A stretch of DNA of 64,000 nt from an uncultured Clostridia bacterium (GTDB lineage: Bacteria; Bacillota; Clostridia; Oscillospirales; CAG-272), in NCBI GenBank assembly GCA_947573405.1, contig CANPFW010000002.1, positions 1,695 through 65,694 of the forward strand. Reading direction: 5' to 3'. Positions 36,712 to 46,503 of the stretch are shown here, piece by piece. How positions within the stretch are numbered: position 1 is the stretch's first letter; each line of letters opens with the position of its first letter. The position numbers were made by a program, and so were the translations under genes. Under the pieces are notes generated by a model. It was given only the letters and a program-made list of their open reading frames with translations. It did no database searches and had not been told where the DNA came from.

Positions 36712-37821
36712 TTATTCATCCAAGGTCATATCCAAAAGGCGGATGTCCAGATCTTCCTCATCCTCCAGACCGGCAGCAGGCAGTTCTTCCTCCTGCTCTG
36801 TACCCAGCGCCTTGATTTTCTCTTCAATCTCAGCGAGAATTTCCGGATTTGTTTCCAAAAACTTGCGTGCGTTATCTCTTCCCTGTCCCACACGCTCGCC
36901 GTTGTAGTAATACCAGGAACCGCTTTTGTCCATCACGCCTGTTTCCACACCCCGGTCTACAACCTCTCCTGTTTTGGATATGCCGTGACCGTACAGAATA
37001 TCAAATTCCGCAATCTTAAACGGCGGCGCAACTTTATTTTTTACCACCTTACATTTTACCCGGTTACCGTAAGGCTCCGTACCGTTTTTCAGCACCTCCG
37101 CCTTGCGGACCTCCAACCGTACGGACGCATAGAACTTCAGTGCCCGTCCACCTGTGGTGGTTTCCGGGTTTCCGTATACTACGCCTACTTTCTCACGCAG
37201 CTGGTTGATAAATATAACGATACAGTTCGTTTTGGCAACAGTTCCCGATAGCTTCCGCAGCGCCTGAGACATCAGCCGCGCCTGCAAACCCACGTGGGAC
37301 GCGCCCATGTCCCCTTCAATTTCCTGCTGAGGCACCAGCGCCGCTACGGAGTCAATAATCACAATATCAATGGCACCGGAACGCACCAGCGCCTCGCACA
37401 CCTCCAGCGCCTGTTCTCCGGAATCCGGCTGGGACACCAGAAGATCGTCGATATTGACGCCCAGCGCCTTTGCATACAAAGGATCCAGCGCGTGCTCTGC
37501 ATCGATAAACGCAGCTTCGCCGCCCAGCTTCTGCACCTCTGCCACAGCGTGCAGCGCCACTGTGGTTTTACCGGAGGACTCCGGTCCGTAGATTTCAATA
37601 ATTCTGCCTCTGGGAAATCCGCCTACGCCGAGGGCAATATCCAGCCCAAGAGATCCGCTGGAAACAGCGGACACATTCATTTTCGGATTTTCCCCCATTT
37701 TAATAATTGTACCCTGTCCAAAGCTTTTCTCAATTTGAGAAATTGCAGTTTCCAACGCTTTCTTTTTGTTATCCGCAGTGGATTCCGCTGCGGGTGCGGC
37801 TGTTTTTTTCTTCTGCGCCAT
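36712..37821 (-). CDS. recA: recombinase RecA
   Basis: Start at MAQKKK (37821). [12 protein letters not shown] Walker A and L1/L2 regions, followed by an acidic C-terminal tail. Confidence 0.97.
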   Translation of the reverse strand: MAQKKKTAAPAAESTADNKKKALETAISQIEKSFGQGTIIKMGENPKMNVSAVSSGSLGLDIALGVGGFPRGRIIEIYGPESSGKTTVALHAVAEVQKLGGEAAFIDAEHALDPLYAKALGVNIDDLLVSQPDSGEQALEVCEALVRSGAIDIVIIDSVAALVPQQEIEGDMGASHVGLQARLMSQALRKLSGTVAKTNCIVIFINQLREKVGVVYGNPETTTGGRALKFYASVRLEVRKAEVLKNGTEPYGNRVKCKVVKNKVAPPFKIAEFDILYGHGISKTGEVVDRGVETGVMDKSGSWYYYNGERVGQGRDNARKFLETNPEILAEIEEKIKALGTEQEEELPAAGLEDEEDLDIRLLDMTLDE

Positions 37822-38030
37822 TTTTCTACCGTACCTTTCAAAAATAGTCCTGAAAAGCCATATTGGGATACTGCGCAAACGCCGCAGGGCAGCAAATGGC
37901 AATAATATGGCAATTTAATCATTCTTACTTTTTATTATATAACAAAACAGGGGGAGAGTCAAGGAAAAGGGGGTTATTTTTCGCGCTATAGCAGAAAATC
38001 TATTTTTAGTGTTCTGCATAAACGAAAAAA

Positions 38031-38277
38031 GGCTTCCCCAGCAAAGGGAACTGCCACAAACGCTCGCCAAACTTCATTAGCCTCCCCCCAGCAAAGGGAG
38101 GTGGGCTTTGCGCAGCAAAGCTCGGAGGGATTGTCTAAACAATACTGTCGATTTGAAAATTATCCAAAATGATAGAAGGACAATCCCTCAGTCGCTTCGC
38201 GACAGCTCCCTTTGCACAAGGGAGCCTTTTTATTGGTGCGGACTGCGCGGATGCCCCCTCTGCTGGGGGGAGCCTTT
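38031..38277 (+). repeat. mosaic intergenic repeat, locus R9 (A-A-B-C-D-E-F)
   Basis: Arms GGAGGGATTGT 38124-38134 and ACAATCCCTC 38180-38189 (45-nt spacer). B = GCTTTGC-GCA-GCAAAGC. D = GTCGC-TTC-GCGAC. E = GCTCCCTTTGCACAAGGGAGC+T5. Confidence 0.9.
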
Positions 38278-38322
38278 CACCCAAACCTTCTGTGCAGCCT
38301 CAAAAAATGCTGAAAATCCTAC

Positions 38323-38351
38323 TTGACAGCAGGAAAAATCTGTGCTACAAT
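38323..38351 (+). promoter_or_regulatory. sigma-A promoter of the lysine-riboswitch/dapA operon
   Basis: TTGACA (38323-38328), 17 nt, TACAAT (38346-38351), immediately upstream of the L-box P1 strand. Confidence 0.7.
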
Positions 38352-38353
38352 AT

Positions 38354-38511
38354 CCGCAACACGGTAGAGGTGCATTGTGTCAAAAGTACTGCGGATGCAA
38401 AAGGGTTGACCGCCCGTTGTCAGCAGGAAAGGGGCAAATGCCGAAGGAAGACTGGAGTCGCGTCTGTCCTGGTTTGGATGAATAAGATCATCCCGACTGT
38501 CGCTTTTGCGG
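38354..38511 (+). promoter_or_regulatory. lysine riboswitch (L-box) aptamer
   Basis: P1 strands CCGCAA (38354-38359) / TTGCGG (38506-38511). Conserved L-box blocks GGTAGAGGTGC, AGTA, GAAAGGGG, GCCGAAGG, CTGG and ACTGTC in the canonical order. Located upstream of dapA-dapB-lysA. Confidence 0.85.
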
Positions 38512-38552
38512 AGAGCTATCTGAATTCTACAGGAATATCAGTTTGTTTGCAG

Positions 38553-38583
38553 AGTCGACCCGTGTGTCGGCTTTTTTGTTTTT
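38553..38583 (+). terminator. riboswitch expression-platform terminator
   Basis: AGTCGAC-CCGTGT-GTCGGCT followed by TTTTTTGTTTTT, 67 nt before the dapA ATG. Confidence 0.75.
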
Positions 38584-38649
38584 CCGGGAAATGCAAAAAT
38601 GCGCCGGACTTTGGAAAAAATATTTTATGTTCAGGAAAGCGAGAACAAC

Positions 38650-39537
38650 ATGAAAAAAACAATTTTTAAGGGAATCGCCACCGCGCTGATCACGCCCTTC
38701 AGTGCAGAAGGGATCGACTACGAGCAGTTCGGGCGTATCATTGACTGGCAGATTGAATCCGGCATCAACGCGCTGGTCGTCTGCGGCACCACCGGCGAAG
38801 CTTCCACCCTCACCGATGACGAGCACCGGGATGCCATTGCCTTTGCCGTCAAGCGTGCCGCAGGCAAGGTGCCCATTATTGCAGGCACCGGCTCCAACGA
38901 TACCGGATATGCGCGGGATCTGACCCGCTGCGCCTGTGAGGCAGGGGCGGACGCGGTACTGGTGGTAACGCCTTATTACAACAAGGCAACCCAAAAGGGA
39001 CTTGTAAAAATGTTCACCGACATTGCAGATATGAGCGACGCACCTGTGATTCTATATAACGTTCCATCCCGCACCGGCGTAAATATTGAACCGGATACCT
39101 ACCGTATTTTAGCAGATCACGAAAACATCTGCGGCATTAAAGAAGCAAACGGCAATCTTTCCAAAATCGTGGAAACCATGTCCTATGTTTACGGCAAGCT
39201 GGATCTGTATTCCGGAAACGATGATCAAATTGTACCGCTCATGTCCGTAGGCGGAATCGGCGCAATCTCCGTTCTTTCCAACGTGCTCCCGAAAGAAACC
39301 TGCCAGATTGCAGAAAAATTCTTTGCAGGGGATATCCACGGCGCGGCACAGCTTCAGTATCAGTACCATGCGCTCATCAGCGCCCTTTTCTCTGAAGTAA
39401 ATCCCATTCCCGTAAAAGCTGCAATGGCTGCAATGGGATTCTGTGAAAACACGCTGCGTCTGCCGCTGACTCCCATGGATGAAGCCAAAGAAGCAGCTAT
39501 GCTGCAAATTATGCGTACACACGGACTGATTTCATAA
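38650..39537 (+). CDS. dapA: 4-hydroxy-tetrahydrodipicolinate synthase
   Basis: Start at MKKTIFKGIATALITPF. GTTGE motif and an active-site Lys region (GIKEANG). Confidence 0.95.
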   Translation: MKKTIFKGIATALITPFSAEGIDYEQFGRIIDWQIESGINALVVCGTTGEASTLTDDEHRDAIAFAVKRAAGKVPIIAGTGSNDTGYARDLTRCACEAGADAVLVVTPYYNKATQKGLVKMFTDIADMSDAPVILYNVPSRTGVNIEPDTYRILADHENICGIKEANGNLSKIVETMSYVYGKLDLYSGNDDQIVPLMSVGGIGAISVLSNVLPKETCQIAEKFFAGDIHGAAQLQYQYHALISALFSEVNPIPVKAAMAAMGFCENTLRLPLTPMDEAKEAAMLQIMRTHGLIS

Positions 39538-39553
39538 AGCAAAGGAATACGAT

Positions 39554-40297
39554 ATGACAAAAATGATTCTAAACGGCGCAGGCGGACGGATGGGTGCCGC
39601 AGTGCGCGAGCAAGTTGCAGCAAGCGCGGACGATACAATCCTCTCTGCGGAAATCGACAAGTTTTCAGAAGCGTTCACCCTGCACAATATTGCAGATTAT
39701 AAAGGAGAAGCCGACGTCATCATCGACTTCTCCCACCACAGCGCCGTCCGCGAGTTGATTTCTTATGCGCTTGGGCGCTCCCTCCCCATTGTGCTTTCGA
39801 CTACCGGTCACACAGAGGACGAAAAAGCGCTGATTTATGAAGCGGCAAAATCCGTTCCGGTATTCTATTCTGCCAACATGTCCCTCGGCATCGCCGTATT
39901 GGCAGATTTCGCCCGCCGGGCTGCAGCACTGCTTCCCGATGCAGATATTGAAATTGTAGAAATTCATCACAATCGGAAGCTGGACGCCCCCAGCGGCACC
40001 GCGCAAATGATCGCCGACGAGATGAAAACAGTGCGCCAGAATGCAGAATTTGTATACGGCAGGCACGGAATGGGCAAGCGTGCCCCCGAAGAAATCGGTA
40101 TTCACGCCCTGCGCATGGGCAATGAAGCCGGCACCCACCAGGTAATTCTCTCCACAGACTATCAAACCATCCGGCTGGAGCACAAAGCGGAATCCCGCGC
40201 CGTTTTTGCGGAAGGCGCCATCTCCGCCGCAAAATTCCTTATCGGCAAACCGGCAGGACTGTACGATATGAAAAGCATGGTCAGCCTCTCCGTTTGA
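39554..40297 (+). CDS. dapB: 4-hydroxy-tetrahydrodipicolinate reductase
   Basis: EIVEIHHNRKLDAPSGTA signature block. Confidence 0.95.
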   Translation: MTKMILNGAGGRMGAAVREQVAASADDTILSAEIDKFSEAFTLHNIADYKGEADVIIDFSHHSAVRELISYALGRSLPIVLSTTGHTEDEKALIYEAAKSVPVFYSANMSLGIAVLADFARRAAALLPDADIEIVEIHHNRKLDAPSGTAQMIADEMKTVRQNAEFVYGRHGMGKRAPEEIGIHALRMGNEAGTHQVILSTDYQTIRLEHKAESRAVFAEGAISAAKFLIGKPAGLYDMKSMVSLSV

Positions 40298-40336
40298 CCG
40301 CCCTGCTACACATTCCAAATAGAAAAGAGAAAATAT

Positions 40337-41632
40337 ATGCTTCACAAAAATTTATCCGTTAATGAAGAAGGGCATCTGACCCTTGCAGGCGCAGATACCG
40401 TTGCCCTTGCAGAAAAATACGGCACGCCGCTGTATCTCATGGATGAAAACCGCATCCGGGAAAATTGCCGTGTATATATCGACGCAATGCGCAAATATAT
40501 GGGAGAAGGTTCCCGTCCGATTTTCGCCAGCAAATCCTGCTGTTTCAAACGGATTTACGCAATCGTTGCAGACATGGGCATGGGTACGGATATTGTGTCC
40601 CCCGGCGAGCTGTATACAGCAAATGCTGCAGGATTTCCTATGGAAAATGCATTTTTCCACGGCAACAACAAAACAGATGCGGATATTGAATATGCTATGG
40701 AAACAGGCATCGGCTGCTTTATCGTAGACAACCGGGAAGAATTGGACGCAGTCAACGCCTGCGCCGCACGGCGGGGAATCAAACAAAAGATTCTGCTGCG
40801 GCTTACTCCCGGAATTGATCCCCACACCCAGAAAAAAATCTCCACCGGAAAAGTGGATTCCAAATTCGGAACCGCCATTGAAACCGGACAGGCACTGGAA
40901 CTTTGTAAATACGCACTGGGGCTTCCCGCAGTAGAATTGGACGGATTCCATTGCCATATCGGATCCCAGATTTTCGACTACTATCCCTTCCGGGATGCAG
41001 CGGAAATTATGCTGCGTTTTATCCGCACGCTGTTGGACGAATGCGGTCACGAAATTCACACTCTGAATCTGGGCGGCGGATTTGGCGTGCGCTATGTAGA
41101 GGGCGATCCGGAAATTGATTATGAGGCAAACATCCGGGGGCTTGCAGGAGAAATCCAGCGCATCTGTGCAGAGCTTTCCATCCGGCAGCCGGATATTCTC
41201 ATGGAACCGGGACGAAGCATTGTCGCCGACAGCGGCATGACGCTGTATACGGTAGGCAGTGTAAAAACCATTACCGGATATAAAAGCTATGTATCCATTG
41301 ACGGCGGCATGACCGACAACATCCGGTATGCTTTGTACGAATCAGATTACACCGCGCTCCTTGCAAACCGTGCAAAAGATCCGGCAGATTTCTGTGCGAC
41401 GATCGCCGGGCGGTGTTGTGAGAGCGGCGACATTATTCAAGAGGATGTGATGCTGCCCCGCCCTGTTCGGGGGGACACGCTGGCCGTACTAGTTACCGGC
41501 GCATATAACTACGCCATGGCGTCCAACTACAACCGAATTCCCCGTCCTCCTGTAGTAATGCTGCGGGACGGAAAGGATTATGTTGCTGTGCGCAGAGAAT
41601 CCTACGAAGATTTGTGCCGCAACGATATGTGA
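40337..41632 (+). CDS. lysA: diaminopimelate decarboxylase
   Basis: Fold-III PLP decarboxylase blocks (FASKSC, HCHIGSQ, EPGRSIVA, CESGD). Confidence 0.95.
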   Translation: MLHKNLSVNEEGHLTLAGADTVALAEKYGTPLYLMDENRIRENCRVYIDAMRKYMGEGSRPIFASKSCCFKRIYAIVADMGMGTDIVSPGELYTANAAGFPMENAFFHGNNKTDADIEYAMETGIGCFIVDNREELDAVNACAARRGIKQKILLRLTPGIDPHTQKKISTGKVDSKFGTAIETGQALELCKYALGLPAVELDGFHCHIGSQIFDYYPFRDAAEIMLRFIRTLLDECGHEIHTLNLGGGFGVRYVEGDPEIDYEANIRGLAGEIQRICAELSIRQPDILMEPGRSIVADSGMTLYTVGSVKTITGYKSYVSIDGGMTDNIRYALYESDYTALLANRAKDPADFCATIAGRCCESGDIIQEDVMLPRPVRGDTLAVLVTGAYNYAMASNYNRIPRPPVVMLRDGKDYVAVRRESYEDLCRNDM

Positions 41633-41647
41633 GAAACTGAGCCAAAC

Positions 41648-41804
41648 AAAAAAGGCTCCCTTGTGCAAAGGGAGCTGTCGCGGTAGCGACTGAGGGATTG
41701 TCTATCTATCATTTTATATAATCTTCAAATTGATAGTCTGACTTAACAATCCCTCCGTCATGCCTATGGCATGCCACCTCCCTTTACACAAGGGAGGCTT
41801 TTTG
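41648..41804 (-). repeat. mosaic intergenic repeat, locus R10 (only complete core in inverted orientation)
   Basis: On the + strand: AAAAAAGGCTCCCTTGTGCAAAGGGAGC (E reversed), GAGGGATTGT 41692-41701, ACAATCCCTCC 41746-41756, then CCACCTCCCTTTACACAAGGGAGGCTTTTTG (A reversed). As placed, both ends present hairpin+T-run terminators toward the convergent lysA and prmA genes. Confidence 0.9.
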
Positions 41805-41821
41805 TTTGTGCTATTCTTTCC

Positions 41822-42751
41822 TTATCCATTCCTTTTCAGAGCGCCGGCAAACCAGCCGTTTTCTCTGCGCTCATCTATTAAGTGCCATCCGGCAGCCTTT
41901 AGTGCAGACACCGTCTCCTCTGCCCGCTCCGTGATGATTCCGGACACGATCAGCACACCGTCCGGCTCCATAAACCCGCCAATATCCGGTGACAGGCGGA
42001 TGATTACATCCGCTACAATGTTTGCACAACATACGTGATAGCCGCCCGGCGCCTTCTTCGCCTGTGCCAGCAAATCGGATACCCCGGTTTCCACCTGGGC
42101 AGTCTGATTCAGCGCGGCATTTTCTCCGGCGATCCGTACCGCCACCGGGTCGATATCACAGGCAAAACAACTGCCCGCACCAAGCTTTGCAGCGCAAATT
42201 GCCAATATACCGCTTCCGCAGCCCACATCCAGCATCCGGTCGCCTGGGCGGACATATTTCTCCAAAAGCATTGCGCAAAGCCGGGTCGTCTCATGGGTGC
42301 CTGTGCCAAACGCCATTCCCGGATCCATCAACACTACAATCTCACCATCTGCCGGATCATATGTTTCCCATTCAGGTACGATCACCAGTTTCTCACCCGT
42401 TTTAATCGGCTTGTAATACTGCTTCCAGGAGTTTGCCCAATCCTCTTCATGGACGCCGATACATTCGATTTCAGCGGGAATATCCAGAACGGAAAGCCGC
42501 TCCCGTATAAAGCCCTCCGACTCGGCGGGGCTTTTTTCCATAGGAATAAACACGGAAACTGCCGCTATAGTCCGATCTCGCTCCAAAAGCTCCTGATCAA
42601 TCAGATCACCGTATACCCCATCCAGCTCCTGCTGCACGTCGGAATAATCCTCCACCATGAGAGAATTGTCCACCATGCTCATTACCGCACACAAATCGTT
42701 TAAGTATTCCTGCTTTACTGTTACCTTTATCTGAATCCAGCCATCCATCAC
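41822..42751 (-). CDS. prmA: ribosomal protein L11 methyltransferase
   Basis: GTGTHETT and [11 protein letters not shown] motifs. Follows dnaJ with a 4-nt overlap. Confidence 0.93.
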   Translation of the reverse strand: MMDGWIQIKVTVKQEYLNDLCAVMSMVDNSLMVEDYSDVQQELDGVYGDLIDQELLERDRTIAAVSVFIPMEKSPAESEGFIRERLSVLDIPAEIECIGVHEEDWANSWKQYYKPIKTGEKLVIVPEWETYDPADGEIVVLMDPGMAFGTGTHETTRLCAMLLEKYVRPGDRMLDVGCGSGILAICAAKLGAGSCFACDIDPVAVRIAGENAALNQTAQVETGVSDLLAQAKKAPGGYHVCCANIVADVIIRLSPDIGGFMEPDGVLIVSGIITERAEETVSALKAAGWHLIDERRENGWFAGALKRNG

Positions 42752-43878
42752 GAATCCTTTCTGAAAAACTTCTTCATGAATTTTTCCCGTTTGGAATGAT
42801 TGTTGCTTCCACAGGATTCATGGAATTGGCGCAGCAAATCCTTCTGTTTTCCGTTCAGCCCTTTGGGGACTTCCACAACCACAGTGATATACATATTTCC
42901 CCGGTTTTTGGAATTGACCACCTGCACGCCTTTGTTTTTCAGCGTAAAGGTAGTGCCGGTCTGGGTTCCCTCAGGAATATGCAGGGTTTCGCTTCCATCA
43001 ATAGTAGGTACCTGCAAATCCGCGCCAAGGGCAGCATCTGCAAATGTGACTGGAACGTCACAGTATATGTCATATCCGTCCCGCTCGAAAAAGGCATGGG
43101 GACGCACATTCACGGAAATGGTGAGATCCCCTGCGGGACCGCCGTTTCTGCCGTCGCTTCCTTCTCCCCGCAGTGCGATGCCCTGTCCATCGTCAATACC
43201 TGCCGGAATGGATACCTCCAGCTTTTTCGTTGCACGGACATATCCTCCGCCCCGACAGTTTTTACAGGGCGTATCAATGATTTTACCACTGCCGCGGCAC
43301 CGGTCACAGGTTTTGGAAGTCTGCATCACTCCGAAAGGTGTGCGCTGCTGTACATTCACCTGTCCGCGTCCACCGCAATCGGGACACTGTTTTGCACTGG
43401 TTCCCTTTGCAGCGCCGCTGCCGTTACAATCCGGACACTTTTGAATTCTCTGATACTGCACTTCTTTTTTGCAGCCGAACACAGCTTCTTCAAAGCTGAG
43501 GGTCACCCGCAGACGCACATCGTCCCCGCGAACGGGACCGTTCGGTCTGCGGGAAGATCCTCCGCCAAAAAAGCTGGAGAAAATATCCGATATATCAAAC
43601 CCGTCAAACCCACCAAAGCCGCCTGCCCCACCGCCGAAGCCGGAGGCAGGATCAAATGCCGCGTGGCCGTACTGGTCGTATTTTCCTTTTTTATCCGGGT
43701 CAGAAAGCACATCGTATGCTTCATTGACCTCTTTAAACTTTCCTTCTGCTACCTTGTCGCCGGGATTCATATCCGGATGATACTGTTTTGCCAGCTTTCG
43801 ATACGCTTTCTTGATCTCGTCCTCGGATGCTCCCTTTGAAAGGCCCAGCACTTCATAATAATCACGTTTATCTGCCAT
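42748..43878 (-). CDS. dnaJ: chaperone DnaJ
   Basis: J domain (YYEVLG...HPD), G/F region and four CxxCxGxG zinc motifs. Confidence 0.97.
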   Translation of the reverse strand: MADKRDYYEVLGLSKGASEDEIKKAYRKLAKQYHPDMNPGDKVAEGKFKEVNEAYDVLSDPDKKGKYDQYGHAAFDPASGFGGGAGGFGGFDGFDISDIFSSFFGGGSSRRPNGPVRGDDVRLRVTLSFEEAVFGCKKEVQYQRIQKCPDCNGSGAAKGTSAKQCPDCGGRGQVNVQQRTPFGVMQTSKTCDRCRGSGKIIDTPCKNCRGGGYVRATKKLEVSIPAGIDDGQGIALRGEGSDGRNGGPAGDLTISVNVRPHAFFERDGYDIYCDVPVTFADAALGADLQVPTIDGSETLHIPEGTQTGTTFTLKNKGVQVVNSKNRGNMYITVVVEVPKGLNGKQKDLLRQFHESCGSNNHSKREKFMKKFFRKDS

Positions 43879-43982
43879 GTACTGTTTTACCCTTCCTGCA
43901 ATATTGGGTGCACAGACTGATTAGCGGGAAACAGCCGGGGCAAAAATTTCGCCCCGGCGCCTGCCCGTCAGCCTATGCAATT

Positions 43983-45839
43983 TTACTGGTTGTCGCTCTT
44001 GTCTTCATAGTCTGCGCTGTAGAAAGTACCGTCGCCGCCCTGTGCGCCTGCACCGGGATCCCCTGTAAAGCCTGCTCCGGCAGCACCTGCGTCTGCCCCT
44101 GCACCACTCTGCTGATACAGCTTTTCACTGATCTTATAGAAGGATTTCTCCAAAGCTTCCATATCTGCTTTGATTGCTTCTGTGTCGCCGCCGGCAAGTG
44201 TTGCACGCAGCTTTTCCACTGCAGCCTGCACTTCTGCCTTTTCAGCCTCGTCAATTTTATCACCCAATTCGCCCAGTGTTTTCTCGCACTGGAATGCAAG
44301 GGACTCAGCGCGGTTTTTGATTTCGATGGTTTCTTTCTGCTTTTTATCTTCTTCAGCAAACTTCTCCGCATCCTTCACTGCCTTGTCGATTTCATCCTGA
44401 GACATGTTGGTAGAAGAAGTAATTGTGATATGCTGTTCCTTACCTGTTCCTTTATCCTTTGCAGATACGTTTACAATACCGTTTGCGTCGATATCAAAGG
44501 TAACCTCAATCTGGGGCACGCCTCTGGGAGCAGGTGCAATGCCGTCCAGAGAGAACCGACCCAATGTGGTATTGCCCGCAGCCATTTCACGTTCACCCTG
44601 GAGCACGTGAATTTCAACAGAGGTCTGACCGTCTGCCGCTGTGGAATATACTTGGCTCTTCTTTACAGGAATGGTGGTATTCCGGTCAATGATCCGGTTG
44701 AACACGCCGCCCAGTGTTTCGATACCGAGGGACAGAGGCGTTACGTCCAGCAGGAGCAGATCCTTTACATCGCCGCCGAGAACGCCGCCCTGGATTGCTG
44801 CGCCGATTGCAACGCATTCGTCCGGGTTGATACCTTTGAAGGGTTCTTTGCCTGTATAATTCTTAATCGCTTCCTGTACGGCAGGAATACGGGTGGAACC
44901 GCCTACCAAAAGCACCTTATCAATCTGAGAAGCAGTCAGCCCTGCATCGGACAGCGCCTGCTTTGTGGGATCAATGGTTTTCTGCACCAGATCCGCAGTC
45001 AGCTCGTTGAATTTTGCACGGGTAAGGGTTGCGTCAAAGTGCTTGGGACCGGTAGCGTCCGCAGTGATAAAGGGCAGGTTGATATTGGAGCTTGCCACGC
45101 CGGACAGCTCGATTTTTGCCTTTTCTGCCGCTTCCTTCAATCTCTGGAGCGCCATTTTATCTTCCCGCAGGTCAATGCCGTTTTCCTGCTTGAAGGTATC
45201 TGCAATCCAGTCAATGATCCGCTGGTCGAAATCATCGCCGCCCAGTTTGTTGTTGCCGGCGGTCGCCAACACTTCAAACACGCCGTCGTCACTGATTTCC
45301 AGTATGGATACGTCAAAGGTACCGCCGCCAAGGTCATAGATCATAACCTTCTGATCTTTGTCCTGATCCGCGCCGTATGCAAGTGCAGCAGCAGTCGGCT
45401 CGTTGATAATACGAAGCACTTCCAGTCCGGCGATTTTACCTGCGTCCTTGGTTGCCTGACGCTGTGCGTCGGAGAAGTATGCAGGCACAGTGATTACTGC
45501 CTGATTGACAGGCTGACCCAAATATGCCTCTGCATCCGCTTTCAGCTTCTGCAGAATCATTGCAGAAATCTCCTGGGGAGTATAGCTCTTATCGTCAATG
45601 GTAACCTTCTTGCTGGTACCCATGTCACGCTTGATACTCATAACGGTTCTGTCCGGGTTGGTGATACCCTGGCGCTTTGCTACCTGACCGACCATTCTTT
45701 CACCTGTTTTGGAGAATGCCACTACGGACGGTGTGGTCCGTGCGCCCTCCGGATTGGGGATTACAGCAGGTTCCCCGCCTTCAAACACTGCTACGCAAGA
45801 GTTTGTTGTTCCTAAATCTATTCCGATAATTTTTGCCAT
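43983..45839 (-). CDS. dnaK: chaperone DnaK (Hsp70)
   Basis: [10 protein letters not shown] and DLGGGTFD signatures; full-length Hsp70. Confidence 0.98.
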   Translation of the reverse strand: MAKIIGIDLGTTNSCVAVFEGGEPAVIPNPEGARTTPSVVAFSKTGERMVGQVAKRQGITNPDRTVMSIKRDMGTSKKVTIDDKSYTPQEISAMILQKLKADAEAYLGQPVNQAVITVPAYFSDAQRQATKDAGKIAGLEVLRIINEPTAAALAYGADQDKDQKVMIYDLGGGTFDVSILEISDDGVFEVLATAGNNKLGGDDFDQRIIDWIADTFKQENGIDLREDKMALQRLKEAAEKAKIELSGVASSNINLPFITADATGPKHFDATLTRAKFNELTADLVQKTIDPTKQALSDAGLTASQIDKVLLVGGSTRIPAVQEAIKNYTGKEPFKGINPDECVAIGAAIQGGVLGGDVKDLLLLDVTPLSLGIETLGGVFNRIIDRNTTIPVKKSQVYSTAADGQTSVEIHVLQGEREMAAGNTTLGRFSLDGIAPAPRGVPQIEVTFDIDANGIVNVSAKDKGTGKEQHITITSSTNMSQDEIDKAVKDAEKFAEEDKKQKETIEIKNRAESLAFQCEKTLGELGDKIDEAEKAEVQAAVEKLRATLAGGDTEAIKADMEALEKSFYKISEKLYQQSGAGADAGAAGAGFTGDPGAGAQGGDGTFYSADYEDKSDNQ

Positions 45840-45887
45840 TGTTGTTTCCTCCGTTTACTCTGTTTCTGTTGATTTATATATAAATTT

Positions 45888-46475
45888 TTAGTTGGCGACT
45901 TTTACCATAGCGTAGCGGACAATCCGCTCGCCGATGCTGTATCCCTGCTGGAACACTTCCACGATTTCACCTTCTCCGTGTTCCTCATCCTCCACATGCA
46001 TGACTGCGTTGTGGATGTTTGGATCGAACGTATCCCCTGCTTTGCCGAAAGCAGTGATATTCATTTTTTCAAATACTGCCGGCAGAGATCCCAAAATCAT
46101 GGAAAGCCCTTCCGCCACTTTATCCGGCGCGGTGAACTCGGTTGCCCGCTGGAGATTATCAATCACCGGAAGCAATTCCTTGATACTGTCCGCAGCCGCA
46201 TCGCTGTAGATGCCTTCCCGTTCCTTCTGGCTTCTCTTGCGGAAGTTATCATACTCCGCTGCAAGACGCAGATATTTATCTTCCGCAGCGGCAGTGGCAG
46301 CCTTTTCTTCTTCCAGCTGCTTCTCCAGCTTTTCAACCTGTGCCCGCAGTTTTTTTGCTTCTTTATCTCCAGCCTTTTTTTCTTTTTTATCCGGCGCTTT
46401 TTCCGCCGCTTCAGAGGGCTCCTCTGTCGGCTGATCCTGCACAATTTCTTCTGCCAATTCTGTTTTCTGTTCCAT
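45888..46475 (-). CDS. grpE: nucleotide exchange factor GrpE
   Basis: Coiled-coil N-terminus, AEYDNFRKR block and a C-terminal beta domain. Confidence 0.95.
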   Translation of the reverse strand: MEQKTELAEEIVQDQPTEEPSEAAEKAPDKKEKKAGDKEAKKLRAQVEKLEKQLEEEKAATAAAEDKYLRLAAEYDNFRKRSQKEREGIYSDAAADSIKELLPVIDNLQRATEFTAPDKVAEGLSMILGSLPAVFEKMNITAFGKAGDTFDPNIHNAVMHVEDEEHGEGEIVEVFQQGYSIGERIVRYAMVKVAN

Positions 46476-46503
46476 TATATACCCCTATTCTTTATCATAT
46501 AAT

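Noticed and set aside
38011-38024. Possible LexA (Cheo/SOS) box upstream of recA
   Set aside because: The only candidate, GTTCTGCATAAACG, has the half-sites in the wrong polarity for GAAC-N4-GTTC and matches only one half-site. It also lies at the edge of repeat locus R9.
43827-45815. 662-aa ORF on the + strand, antisense to dnaK
   Set aside because: It is exactly antisense to a full-length, highly conserved Hsp70. Its composition is Cys/Phe/Leu/Arg-rich with no recognisable motif, and it has no RBS. Long stop-free antisense frames are a known by-product of codon bias in GC-rich conserved genes such as dnaK.
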